A stretch of 60,000 nucleotides of DNA. It comes from Felis catus (lineage: Eukaryota). The stretch spans positions 90,336,001 to 90,396,000 of the forward strand of contig NC_058368.1 of NCBI RefSeq assembly GCF_018350175.1, written 5' to 3'. Every line of letters begins with the position of its first letter. Within the stretch, counting starts at the first letter, position 1. This document shows positions 12,460-23,754 of the stretch, piece by piece. The position numbers and the translations under genes are program-made. A model generated the notes under the pieces. That model made no database searches, was not told the origin of the DNA, and saw only the letters and a program-made list of their open reading frames with translations.

Positions 12460-13930
12460 CTGGCTCAGTCGGTAGAGCACCCGACTCTTGATCCCTTGGG
12501 GATGTGAGTTCAAGCTCTACATTGTGAGTGGAGCTTAACTTAATAATAATAACGGAGGCACCTGGGTGGCTCTTGTTGGCTAAGTGTCCAGCTCTTGGTT
12601 TCATCTCAGATCATGATCTCTCAGCTTCGTGGGTTTGAGCCCTGTATTGGACTCTGTGCTGGCAGTGCAGAGCCTGCTTGGGATTCTCTCTCTCCCTCCC
12701 TGTCTCTCTGCCCCTTCCCAACTCATGCTATCTCTGTATCTCTCAAAAGTAACTAAATAAGCTTAAAAATAAGAATATTGATGATGATGAAGCAGCAACA
12801 TTATTAAATGTTTCCTCCATGCCAGACCCAAACAAACTAACCAACAAAACGGAACAAAATTTCTCAATGACTCATGGGTTAAAGAAGAAATGCATATTAA
12901 AAAATATTTAGAACTCGGGTGCCTGGGTGGCTCAGCCAATTAAGCATCAGATTCTTCATCTCAGCTCAGGTCTTGATCTCAGAGTGGTGAGTTCAGGCCC
13001 CCACACTGGACTTCACACTGGGTATGGAGCCTACTTAAGAAATTTTTTAAAAAAGAAAATACTTAGAACTGAATGATTGTCAAAATACTACTGCATATCC
13101 GAATTTGTGGACTGCAGCAAAAACAGTACACAGAACATCTGAAGCCTTAAATCTTATGAGAAGAAAAAGAAAAGGTGGAAACTAATGAGCCAGGCATCCA
13201 GTTCAGTAAGTTAGCATTTCTGACTCCAGAAATCAGGAAATTTGAAGGAAATCACAAAGGGCAGAAGTTAACTGCATAGGAAACAAAGGAACAATGCAGA
13301 AAGGCAACACTTCCTGAAAACCAGCTAAGACATAAACCTGTGGCAAAAGGGATCCAGGACCAAAGCTAGAAACCTCAAATAAGCAATGAAAAGAATGAAA
13401 TATGAGAACCATCTATAAAAAAGCAGAGTTGGTTTTTTTTATTTTTTGTAATGTTTATTTTTAAGAGAGAGACAGCACGAGTAGGGGAGCAGCACACACA
13501 CACACACACACACAATCTAAAGCAGGCTCTAGGCTCTGAGCTGTCAGCACAGAGCCCAATGCAGTCTTGAACTCACAAATCATGAGGTCATGACCTGAGC
13601 CAAAATTGGACAGACACTCAACCGACTAAGCCATCCAGGTGCCCCTAAAAAAGCAGAGTTTTAAAAAGGAGAGAGAAATGCCCTAAAAAACTTTAAGCCA
13701 ACCAATTCAGGAGTTTAAGGGTGTCTGGGTAGCTCAGTCAGTTGACCGTCTGACTCTTGGTTTCAGCTTAGGTCATGATCCCAGGGTCATGGGATTGAGC
13801 CCCCCGGCCCCCCCATATCGGGCTCTGCACTGACAGCACCAAGCCTGCTTGGGATTCTCCCCCTCCCTGTTCCTGTGCACGTGCACACATGTGCACGCTC
13901 TCTCTCTCTCTCAAAAAATAAAAAAAGAAG
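12460..13930. mobile_element. Cluster of Can-SINEs (+ ~12460-12770, + ~12917-13055, - ~13432-13645, + ~13718-13930) inserted in an old L1 ORF2 remnant
   Basis: SINE heads and tails with TSDs (AAATATTTAGAACT/AAATACTTAGAACT; TAAAAAAGCAGAGTT twice); A-rich L1-like sequence between them. Confidence 0.75.
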
Positions 13931-14178
13931 AAGAGATGTTTATTTTTAAAGTCACTACTTCAAGCCAGCCATGCTAGAAGTATTATTCGCTCAGGGAGTT
14001 GAGGGCATCTGCCTGGGGTCTGTCTGTCCAACCGTGTGCCCCAGCCTTGCCCACTGGGCCTCCCATGCTTGTGGCCCTGGGGCCAGTGAACAAGAGTCCT
14101 GGGTCCCACTGCCTGGGTTTCCTGGGGCCACAGAAACCCCTGGGCAGGCCAGGAGTCAGTTCCCTTGTCCTCCTCCAG

Positions 14179-14407
14179 GGCATCATCGCAGAAGAGAACA
14201 AGAATCTGCAGCCCCAGGGAGACGAGGACCCCGGAAAGTTCAAGGAGGCCGAGCTGAAGATGCGGAAGCAGTTTGGGATGCCGGAGGGGGAGAAGTTGGT
14301 CAACTACTACTCCTGCAGCTACTGGAAAGGTCGCGTGCCCCGGCAGGGCTGGCTCTACCTGACCGTCAACCACCTGTGCTTCTACTCGTTCCTGCTGGGG
14401 AAGGAAG
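14179..14407 (+). CDS. TBC1D9B: TBC1D9B exon 4 (229 nt; start of GRAM domain 1)
   Basis: ctccag|[17 protein letters not shown]...[45 protein letters not shown]; donor G|GTAAG. Confidence 0.96.
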
Positions 14408-15298
14408 GTAAGTGTGGCAGGCAGGCCCGTCATCCTCAGCTTCTCTCCCCACTGCCTCTCCACCCCAGAAAACTCACCACCTCTCCAGATCTCTCGGGTT
14501 CCTGAGTGCCTTCCTTCCTCTCGGCCCCCAGATACTCTGTCCCCACACACACACCAGAGGATCTCCCCGAAACCCAGTGCACCTGACTGGCTTTCGGTAG
14601 GGAGGCCCAGACTCGAGCTAGGTCTGCACCTGGCTCTTGGGGGCTCCCCATCCCACCTCCATCCATCGACGTGGTTCCTCACAGAGTGACTGCACGGGGG
14701 CTCCCTTCTCTCCTTTAAGTGGAATATCCAAGGGCACCTGCCATCCCTGAGTGGCTCTGGGTTATGGAGTGCCTTGTTGCTGCAGGACCCTCCCTGCCTC
14801 CGGACACAAGGCTGGCGCCCTCTGCTGCTACATCACCCCAGGAAAGAGCTCCCAGGGCTTCAGCCTTCCTGAGCCCAGCAAGGCTTTGTCCCACCAGGCA
14901 CACATCTGACACACCCTTCCACCTGCCCTTCTTCCCTCTCCACCCCGCCCCTCCCACCTCCTCACCAGGCAGGGGTCAACGTCCCCTCTGTCAGCGCACT
15001 CCCACTAGGTGGGCTTCTCTGGACCAGGGTCTCAGCTCACTTCCCATGTTCATCTGTGTTACCCTTCAATCATTTGTGGGACACATAGTCACCCCAGATA
15101 TTCTTGGGGCCGGTCCCTCCATGTGGATCACATGTCCCAGCACAACCAGGCTCAGGCATAGGGGACACACAGTCAGTGATTCCCTCGGGGACACACAGTC
15201 AGTGATTCCCTGGGGAGCGGCTGTCCCAGTGGGTGCACGTGCTGCCCAGCCCTCCGGCCCGTCTGACCCACTGGTGTATCTGTCCTGCGGGCATGCAG

Positions 15299-15557
15299 TG
15301 AGCCTGGTGGTGCAATGGGTAGACGTCACAAGGCTGGAGAAGAATGCCACACTGCTCTTCCCCGAGAGCATCCGTGTGGACACCCGGGACCAGGAGCTCT
15401 TCTTTTCCATGTTCCTGAACATCGGTGAGACCTTCAAGCTCATGGAGCAGCTGGCCAACCTGGCCATGCGGCAGCTGCTGGACAGTGAGGGCTTCCTGGA
15501 GGACAAGGCACTGCCCCGGCCTTCCCGGCCACACAGGAACATCTCGGCTCTGAAGCG
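15299..15557 (+). CDS. TBC1D9B: TBC1D9B exon 5 (259 nt)
   Basis: tgcag|TG AGC; SLVVQWVDVTRLEKNATLLFPESIRV...HRNISALK; donor CG|GTGAG. Confidence 0.95.
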
Positions 15558-16633
15558 GTGAGTGGCCCTCTGGGGTGGGAGGGACCCGCCCCCCTCTCGG
15601 GGTGTATTTGGGACAGGAGGACACCATGAGGTCCACAGAGGTGCCATCCAAAAATAGCTACTACTAACCACAAAGAGTTACTTCTCAAAGCCCTGTGAGG
15701 TGGAGGGGCTCATATGCTGGCGATTGGTAGACAGTAATGATGGCTGGCCCTCCTCCCCGGAGCACTACCGTTGTGTTCCTCAATTGTAGCTGCAAACCCG
15801 CACGACTGGCCGGGAGCTCAAGGGTTCCCGGATTCATACCCGTGTACCAAGACCTCATCCCCGCCTGGCTGTTTCCTGGGTTGCCCCCAGAGACCATGGC
15901 CTTGGCCCAGACCGTGAGGTACACCTTCAGGACCAGCATGTCCATCCAAGGATGTCACTCTCCATATGTGAGTGATGGGGTTGCTGCTGGAACCTTCCAG
16001 AAAGGAAACAAGCAGGGCCAGAACTTGACACTGTCCATCAGGGTATGCCTGCCAGGCCTTGCTCAGGCTGCTGGCAGGCCCCTCTCCCCCGGGGGGCTGA
16101 GGAGAAAGATATTTCCAAGGAAAGAGCCACCAAAGGGGCCAGGACCAGGGTGCCAGGCGGCCACTTCACATGGCCATCAGATAAGTGAGCATACCCTTGC
16201 AATCATCAACAGGGCATCTTGGGGAGTCCTCCTCTGGGTGTTTGGGTGGGGCTGGGTGTTCCCTGGCAGAAGTAACAGCCTTGGGGCAGAGGCATGCAGG
16301 GCAGGTGTGGGGAACCCCCGGGCACTGGGGCCCTGTCCATCCTCAGCACTGAGCAAGCAACGTGTGAAGCCCTGTCAAGCTGTGGGTGTCCTCCAGAGCC
16401 CTTGCGGCCCAAAGGCACACTGTTTGCTGCATACATGTCCTCTGCTGGTCATGCAGATGTCTCCCGTAGTACATGGCCATCTGCTGTGTGTGTTTTATTG
16501 AATTCCAAGGTCCCTGGGGCATGACCCCAAAGAGCCCAATCCCGTGTGGAAACCAAGGCTCTGAGGTCCCCTTGCGGGCATATTGTGTCCTCACTCTTAT
16601 CTCCTTTCCTCCCACCCCACCTTGGTTTCCCAG

Positions 16634-16841
16634 AGACCTGGATGCCCGAGCCAAGAACGAGTGCTACCGGGCCACGTTCCGGCTGCCCAGGGACGAGCGC
16701 CTGGATGGCCACACAGGCTGTACGCTGTGGACCCCGTTCAACAAACTGCACATCCCTGGCCAGATGTTCATCTCCAGCAACTACATCTGCTTTGCTAGCA
16801 AAGAGGAGGACGCATGCCACCTCATCATACCCCTCCGGGAG
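16634..16841 (+). CDS. TBC1D9B: TBC1D9B exon 6 (208 nt; GRAM domain 2)
   Basis: cccag|A GAC CTG; DLDARAKNECYRATFRLPRDERLDGHTGCTLWTPFNKLHIPGQMFIS...IIPLRE; donor |GTGAG. Confidence 0.96.
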
Positions 16842-17931
16842 GTGAGCCCCCAGTGCCATGCCAGCTCCACGACATCTGGTGGCGGGCCTGCGGAGGGTAC
16901 AGAGCAAGTCAGCAACTTCCCTGAGCCCCTGCACTGGGGCCAGGCCCCTCCAGCTGCCAGGTTCCCTCAGGGATCCCCTTGACTGCTGGGGAGCAGGGTG
17001 GGGTTTGGCATGCCAGAAGCACTCACACTGGGACATGAGGTAACTTCAGGAAAGTCCTGTGCCTCTCCAGTCAAATCCCAGTGGTGTCCAGCAGGTGAGT
17101 GTCCCCAAGTCCTGCCTTCCTGGCCCTGCAGTTGGACTTGAGCAAAGTCCTGTCTTGGCTGGGCTTGGAGGACTCTGGACCCTCACCAGCCCCACCATGT
17201 CACTCTTGGAGGCCATCTCACTGTTCCTCTCCCAACACTTGCCTTGGCTGTGACTCTGGCTCCAGCAGGGCTGGAAGTCCACTGTCACCTGTCAGGGATG
17301 GGGGCAGCTCTCACCTGTCACAGATAAGGGTCAGCTTTCACCTTTCAGGGACAGGACAGCTCTCACCTGTCGGAAGTGTTTTTTCTCAGGTCTCTTAGGC
17401 TTCCACAGGGACCTTGAAGGCAAGGCCATTTGTTCTGTGCTGCTGTGAAGGGTGTAGAAAGTGAGGGAGAGGGCCTCTGCCCAGATGGAAAGCACTGACC
17501 CCACAGTCACAGCAGGTTCCCAGGCCTCCTCTTCCTCATGGCCCAGCAGAACAGGCGGGCTGTTCAACTCTATGAAGCCCAGTAAGGTTCTTCAGTTATA
17601 ACCCAAATCACAGTATCTTGATTTTATTAAAAACCCAGAACAGTGACACCTCCCTGCATTTGTACAACGCACTCAAACTGTAGGTGCAGCTATGAGCAGG
17701 GGTGGGGGGTTCTATGTGCTGCCTCGTTTCTCCAAGGGAAGTCAGAGGCAAAGGACTCAAAAGAGCCACAGACCCAGAAGCTCAAGGCTCAGGTAGCCCC
17801 TAACCCCATGTTCCCTTTTTGCACTGGGCCCGTGAGTCTATCCTGGGCGCTGTGCTGACCTGGCCCTGAGACCTAGGGTGGGTGCAGAGGTCTCCTTAGG
17901 CCTCAGCTCTATTTCTCCTGATGATCCTACC

Positions 17932-18105
17932 TTTTTTTTCTTTTTTAAGTTTTACTTTTTATTTTGAAAGAGAGAAACAGAATCCCAAGCAAGTTCCACT
18001 CTGTCAGTACAGAGCCTGAGGTGGGCCTCAAACTCATGAGCTATGAAATCATGACCTGAGCCGAAACTGAGAATTGGTCTATTAACTGAGCCACCCAGAC
18101 ACCCC
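17932..18105 (-). mobile_element. Can-SINE
   Basis: Poly-T and body; flanks TGATCCTACC / TGATCCTGCC. Confidence 0.8.
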
Positions 18106-18647
18106 TGATCCTGCCATTTCTGATGGCAGAGAGCTCTGGCTGAGGCGGGGGCAGACTGTCTGGGGCTCTTGGGATGGGACTGGCCCCGCAGCTAGTCTGG
18201 ACAGACCCGGCCTAGTGCTGATGATCCTCCTTGCACCCACCAGGGCACTTCACAGGGCCTTCCACTCAGAGCATGCTGTGTGCCCACACCCAGTAGGCTC
18301 TTGACTCTGCACCCACCCTCCAAACATGCTCTTCCTATTGCAGCCTTGGGAAGCAGCATTCCGTCCGTCCGTCCGTCCGTCTGCTCAGCTCAGAAGCAGG
18401 AGCCGTCCTTGCTCCTGACCTGGCCTTGTTCCCGCATCCCAACCATAACACGTCCCTTCCTCTCCACAGCCACCTCCTCAGGAGGGTGCTGCCTGCACTG
18501 AACCCCATTAGTCCCCTCCTCCCACAGCATGTCAGTGCCCTGCCCCGGCTTGTCCAGCATCTCCTGTGATTAGAAGAGTCCCCAGCTGCCTGCTGTGACC
18601 TGTGTACCTTTAGTGAACCATTCACTCCTTTTTAGGTCTTAGCTTAC

Positions 18648-18955
18648 ATGCATGCAGATGTGCTCACACACACAAACACACACTCATATGCATCTGCACA
18701 CATACTTATCCACATATACACACACCATACACACACCCACATGCATCTGCACATATACCACACACACGCACACGCTCACACACATCTTGCACGCATGTAG
18801 ATACATGTACACATTACCACCCCTATATGCATTCATGCACATACCTACACATACTACATACATACATAAATACACACCATAACACATGTGTGCACTCCTA
18901 CACGTACATTTGCACACATACATACACATGCACACATAATACACACTCACACATC
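18648..18955 (+). repeat. Degenerate (CA)/(CATA)-rich low-complexity tract
   Basis: ~300 bp of interleaved CACACA/CATACA/CATG. Confidence 0.85.
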
Positions 18956-19739
18956 CCTCTCGTCCTCACTCTTGCCCCAGCTTCTCCAGCCTTTCCTCGT
19001 TTGTCAAGCTGGTCCCATCCCTTCCTCAGGGTGTTCGCTGGGAATTCTGCCCTGATGTCTGCCCCAGTTCCTCCCCTGGCTCTACCAGTTCTCAACCTCA
19101 GTTGCTACCTCCCTGTACCTCCCTGGAGGTGCCTTCGGCATGAAGCAGCCTGATGGAGTCCTAGCTCACCCTTTGGTCCCTACTCACCTGTGAGAACTAT
19201 GCTTCACCTACATGTCCATAGTCCAGCCCCTGGGCTGCAGGCTCTGCAGAGGCATCCCTTCAAAGTCCTTTTTGCACCTTCCACACCTGTGATGCTCTGT
19301 CCACACGCCTCAAGGTCAGAGCTGGACCCAGGACACACTGTCAGCAAGTGCAAGCAGGGCCACTCACTGTGCTTTAGAGTAAGAGAGTAACCGGACATCT
19401 TTGGGAAATCAAATGGACCAGCAGCTGGGCTGAGCACCTTTCATTCTGCATCATCATTCTCATGACAGCCCTGCAAGGCTGATATGCTCGCGTCTGCATC
19501 AACTGGGGGAAACAAGGCTTAGATGTGCATGTAACTTGCTCAGAGTCACATGTTAGCAAGCAGCAGAGTCCACATATGGATGCAGTGGGGCCCAGAGAGT
19601 TCCCCTGACCCCTCACAGCGCCCTGGCCAGGAGAGAACTATGTGAGGCCGCTGTGTCTCAGACGTACAAAACTTCAGCTTTCTGTCCCAAGAGACAGATG
19701 CCTAATAGGTTGGGGTTGTTTTTTTTTTTGCCTTCTCAG

Positions 19740-19952
19740 GTGACTATTGTTGAAAAAGCTGACAGCTCCAGTGTCCTGCCCAGTCCTCTGTCCATTAGCA
19801 CCAAGAGCAAAATGACCTTCTTGTTCGCCAACCTGAAAGACCGTGATTTTTTAGTTCAGAGGATCTCTGACTTCCTCCAGAAGATGCCATCCAAGCAGCC
19901 GGGCGGCAGTGGAGTGGGAAGAAAAGCCAGCACCGTGGAGCCGGCCCCAGAG
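19740..19952 (+). CDS. TBC1D9B: TBC1D9B exon 7 (213 nt)
   Basis: ctcag|GTG ACT; VTIVEKADSSSVLPSPLSISTKSKMTFLFANLKDRDFLVQRISDFLQK...PAPE; donor |GTAAG. Confidence 0.95.
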
Positions 19953-20359
19953 GTAAGAGGGCCCCTTGGGAGCCGTGAGGTGGGGATCGGGGCCAGGGCC
20001 AGGGCCTCCATGCTGGAGTCTGATCTTATGGTGCCTGTTGTGGCCTCAGGTGGGGAGGGCACCCTCTGGGTGCAGGATGGAGAGCCTAATCTAGCACCCA
20101 TCCCGGTATCCCAGCCACACACTGCCTGACCTCACAGGCCTCTCTGCACCCCACCACACCCCCCAGTCCTCTGAGCCTCACCTGTCTGCGCCAAGTCCCA
20201 TTCCACATAAGAAACCTTCCCTGGCTTGACCAGCCAACCTCATTTCCATCTGTGAGGAACTTTTGCTACACTATCAAGGCCTATCCAGCATGGGTTTATT
20301 TACTGGTATTTCTTCTGTCAGTCTTTCAGGGATTTTTACAGGGAGAGACCTCCTTTTCA

Positions 20360-20797
20360 TCTGTTTTTATTTTTTTAAGTTTATTTATTTTGAGAGAGAT
20401 TGCGAGTGGGGGAGAGGCAGAGAGTGGGGGAAAGAGAGAATCCCAAGCAGGTGCCATGCTGTCAGCACAGAGCATGATGTGGGGCTCAAACTCACAAACC
20501 ATGAGATCATGACCTGAGCCAAAATCAAGAGTCAGGTGCTTAACCAACTGAGCCACCCAGGTGCCCAAGGCCTCCTTTTTAATTTTTTTTTTTTCAACAT
20601 TTATTTATTTTTGGGACAGAGAGAAACAGAGCATGAACGGGGGAGGGGCAGAGAGAGAGGGAGACACAGAATCGGAAACAGGCTCCAGGCTCTGAGCCAT
20701 CAGCCCAGAGCCTGACGCGGGGCTCGAACTCACGGACCGCGAGATCGTGACCTGGCTGAAGTCGGACACTTAACCGACTGCGCCACCCAGGCGCCCC
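20360..20797 (-). mobile_element. Two adjacent antisense Can-SINEs; the second (~20583-20797) is a young CpG-intact SINEC_Fc
   Basis: Perfect duplication of CCAAGGCCTCCTTTTTAA on either side of the young copy. Confidence 0.88.
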
Positions 20798-20884
20798 CAA
20801 GGCCTCCTTTTTAAAGACTTACCTTCAATATCATTATTACACCAACAAAATTAACAATAATTCCTTAATATCAAAGACAGTTGA

Positions 20885-21070
20885 GGGGCACCTGAGTTGC
20901 TCAGTTGGTTGAGTGTCCCAACTTCGGCTCAGGTCATGATCTCACGGTCCGTGGGGTCAGGCCCCATATCAGGCTCACTGCTGTCAGTGCAGAGCCTGCT
21001 TCGGATCCTCTGTCCCTGTCTCTCTCTCTCTCTGGCACTCTCTTGAAAATAAATAAACATAAAAAAAAAA
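20885..21070 (+). mobile_element. Can-SINE with TSD CAAAGACAGTTGA
   Basis: Same 13-mer at ~20872-20884 and ~21071-21083. Confidence 0.88.
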
Positions 21071-21076
21071 CAAAGA

Positions 21077-21552
21077 CAGTTGAACCTTGAACAATGCAAA
21101 GGTTAGGGACATCGACCCCTCACACAGTCAGAAATCCACGTATAACCTTTGACTCCTCAAACACTTAACTACTAACAGCCTATTGTTGACTGGATGCCTT
21201 ACAAATAACATAAACAGTTGATTAACATATGCTTTGTATGTTATCTATATATGTATTATATACTGTATTTTTACAATAACGTAAGAGAAAAGAAAGTGTC
21301 ATTAAGATCATAAGGAGGGGCACCTGGCTGGCCCAGTTGTTGGAGCATGCAATTTGATCTCAGGGTTGTGAGTTTGAGCCCCACGTTGGGATAGAGATTA
21401 TTTAAAAGTAAAACCTTTTAAAAAAAAAAAAAGAGGAAGATGAAGAGGATCATAAGGAAAGGAGAATACATTTACAATACTGTATTTATCCAAAAGATCC
21501 ATGTGTGAGTGAGGCCGTGCAGTTGGAACTCGTGTTGCTCAGTGGTCAACTG
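21077..21552. mobile_element. Tigger2-family (TcMar-Tigger) DNA transposon containing a short Can-SINE (~21317-21435)
   Basis: Inverted termini CAGTTGAACCTTGAACAA ... TGTTGCTCAGTGGTCAACTG; internal ACTTAACTACTAACAGCCTATTGTTGAC. Confidence 0.75.
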
Positions 21553-21599
21553 CATTTGTATTCACGTTTCCCCAAACTTTTTACTATTCGATCGTTTGC

Positions 21600-22570
21600 G
21601 TTGAAGTACAGATAGGTCACATGCGATCAATTGATACGTCTCTTAAATTCCTTTTTATCTGTAGACTTCTGCTCTCTCATTTTTCTTGCAGTGTTTTGTT
21701 GAAGGAATTGGGTCATTTGTGCTTTTCCTGATGTGTCCCTTTGTCCCCTATTTTCTGTCAGTTGGTAGTTGGATAGTGAGATCCAGATCAGATTCAGGTT
21801 CAGTTGTTTGTGTGTTTAGGGGGCAGATCTACTTGTACGTGGGGTGATTGAGGAGCTACATACTTCCACCAAGAGCTATATTAATACCTGGTCATTGTGT
21901 TATGTGCCATTATCAGTCACTGTTGAGCCCTGTATAGATCTGGTAACTCATCAGGGATTGCAAGATGGTGGCACTCTACTACTACCATTGCTTCTGTTTA
22001 TTAGCTGGAATACTTCCATATTGAGAGGAGCCCCCTCATCAACTACCTAGTTACCTGAGGCACAGTTCGCATAGGAAAGGCAGAGTAAACCTTGCAGCCT
22101 TCCTTTTTTTTATTCACCAGTTTTTCAAATGATGAGTCAGTTCCCTAGCATCCTCCAGATGTGATCATGTCATTTGTTAAGTCTATTTTGTAGTGTAATT
22201 ATGAACTTACAGATTTGGGCGCCTTGATATGTTTCAATCCATGACAGTTATTATCCTTAGTCCATCTGTGACCAGAGAGAGCCCACTGAGGTTCACATTT
22301 GCGCCCTTTTGACACAACCCTGGTCATTTTTGCCTGCTTCCTGGTATGACAAGATGTGTGTGCTGTGGGTCAATCTGAGTTTGTGAAAACACTTCAAGAC
22401 TAGAAGAGTCCATATAAAAATCCACATATTTGGCTTCTCTGGAAAAATCTGCGGCCCTGGTGTGACAGCGCTCACATTCCCACCAGGTGGCATTGGAGCC
22501 AAGAGGTAGCACATGGCCTTCAGCTCCCTAGAGCCCCCACCTGGTCTGGCCCACAGAGACCTTTAAATTT
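21600..22570 (-). mobile_element. Old L1MC-type 3' region remnant
   Basis: TTCTGTTTATTAGCTGGAATACTTC...TTCACCAGTTTTTCAAATGATGAG...CTTTTGACACAACCC resembles an antisense L1MC 3'UTR. Confidence 0.5.
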
Positions 22571-22849
22571 TCCACCCCTGTAATCAATGCTCAGTAAGTT
22601 ATTAAGCAGGTAAGGAATGGATGGGAAGGGGCCAGACAGAACCTGTTCATTAGAAACATTCAGAAAGGTTTCTTAGAGGAAGTTGGGCTTGATCTGGGAT
22701 TTCAAGGGAAGAGTAAGTTTAGGTTGAGTGGAAAGGGACATGAGCAAGCATGTTGAGCTGCCTTCATGAGGCCCAGCACCACAAAGGACAGGGCTGCCGG
22801 GCCAGAGTAAGCACAGGCCCCTGGCCCCTTCTAAATGGTCATCATTCAC

Positions 22850-23750
22850 CCAACACATTTTTATTGCATTTCCATCAGGTGCCAGGTGCTATTCTATGCA
22901 CTGGGAATAGAGCAGTGAACAGATTAGACAGAGTTCATATTCTAGTGAGAGAAACAGACAATAAGCAAACAAAGGAGGGGCTCCAATCACATGGCATTTA
23001 AGCAGAAGCTTAAAAGAAGGGAACAAGCCATGAAGTATCTGGGGAAAGAGTGTTGGAGGCAGAGGACATAGCAGGTGCAAAGACCCGGAAGTGGGATTGA
23101 GCTTGGCACAGGCTACAGAGACAAGCGAAGACCAGTGTGGAAAGTGAGGTTAGAGAGGAGGCAGGAAGCCAGAGCATGGAAGCCTGTAGACCTTGTAAGC
23201 ACGTTAGCATTGACTCAGTAATACAGGAAGCTGTCAGCACGTTCTGACCAGAGGAGCGACACAATCTGTGCATGCTTTCACAGAACTACTGTGGCGCCTT
23301 GTGTTGGGAACAGGTTAGAGGTGCAGCTCCTCAGTACAGAAGCCACACGTGGCTCTTGAGCCCTTAAAATGCGGCTAGTCCAAATCCAAATGTGCCATGA
23401 GCATAAACTAGACACCAGAGGTTGAAGATTTGCAATGAAAAGAGATCTCAGTAACCTTTTCTATGAATTCTGTGTTGGAATAATCATATATTGGCTATAT
23501 TGGATCAAATAAAATATGTTGCTAACACTTATCTCACCAATTTCTCTCACGCTTTTTAATATGGCTCCTAGACTGTGTTAAATTACCCACACTGCTCTCA
23601 TTCTGTGTCTCCTGGACAGTGCTGGACTAGAGAGTGGCGAAAACAGAAGCGGAGTTGGAAAGCTGTTACAGTAGTCAGGACGTGGGACAATAGAGCCATG
23701 GTCGAGGGAGGTAGCAGTGGAGCTGGTAAGAGGTGGTCAAATTCAGGGTG
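22850..23750. mobile_element. L2 remnant interrupted by a MER33-like hAT-Charlie element (~23325-23610)
   Basis: CATTCACCCAACACATTTTTATTGCA...CCAGGTGCT L2 3' end; CACACGTGGCTCTTGAGCCCTTAAAATGCGGCTAGTCC MER33-like. Confidence 0.55.
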
Positions 23751-23754
23751 TACT

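Noticed and set aside
12460..12545. tRNA-like sequence TGGCTCAGTCGGTAGAGC...GAGTTCAAGC with A and B boxes
   Set aside because: tRNA-derived head of a short Can-SINE; no intact cloverleaf
13960..14682. 240-aa minus-strand ORF
   Set aside because: Antisense shadow of exon 4 plus GC-rich intron; no recognisable domain
15737..16501. 254-aa intronic ORF in intron 5
   Set aside because: No recognisable homology, low-complexity composition and no promoter or polyA support; plausible by chance in GC-rich DNA
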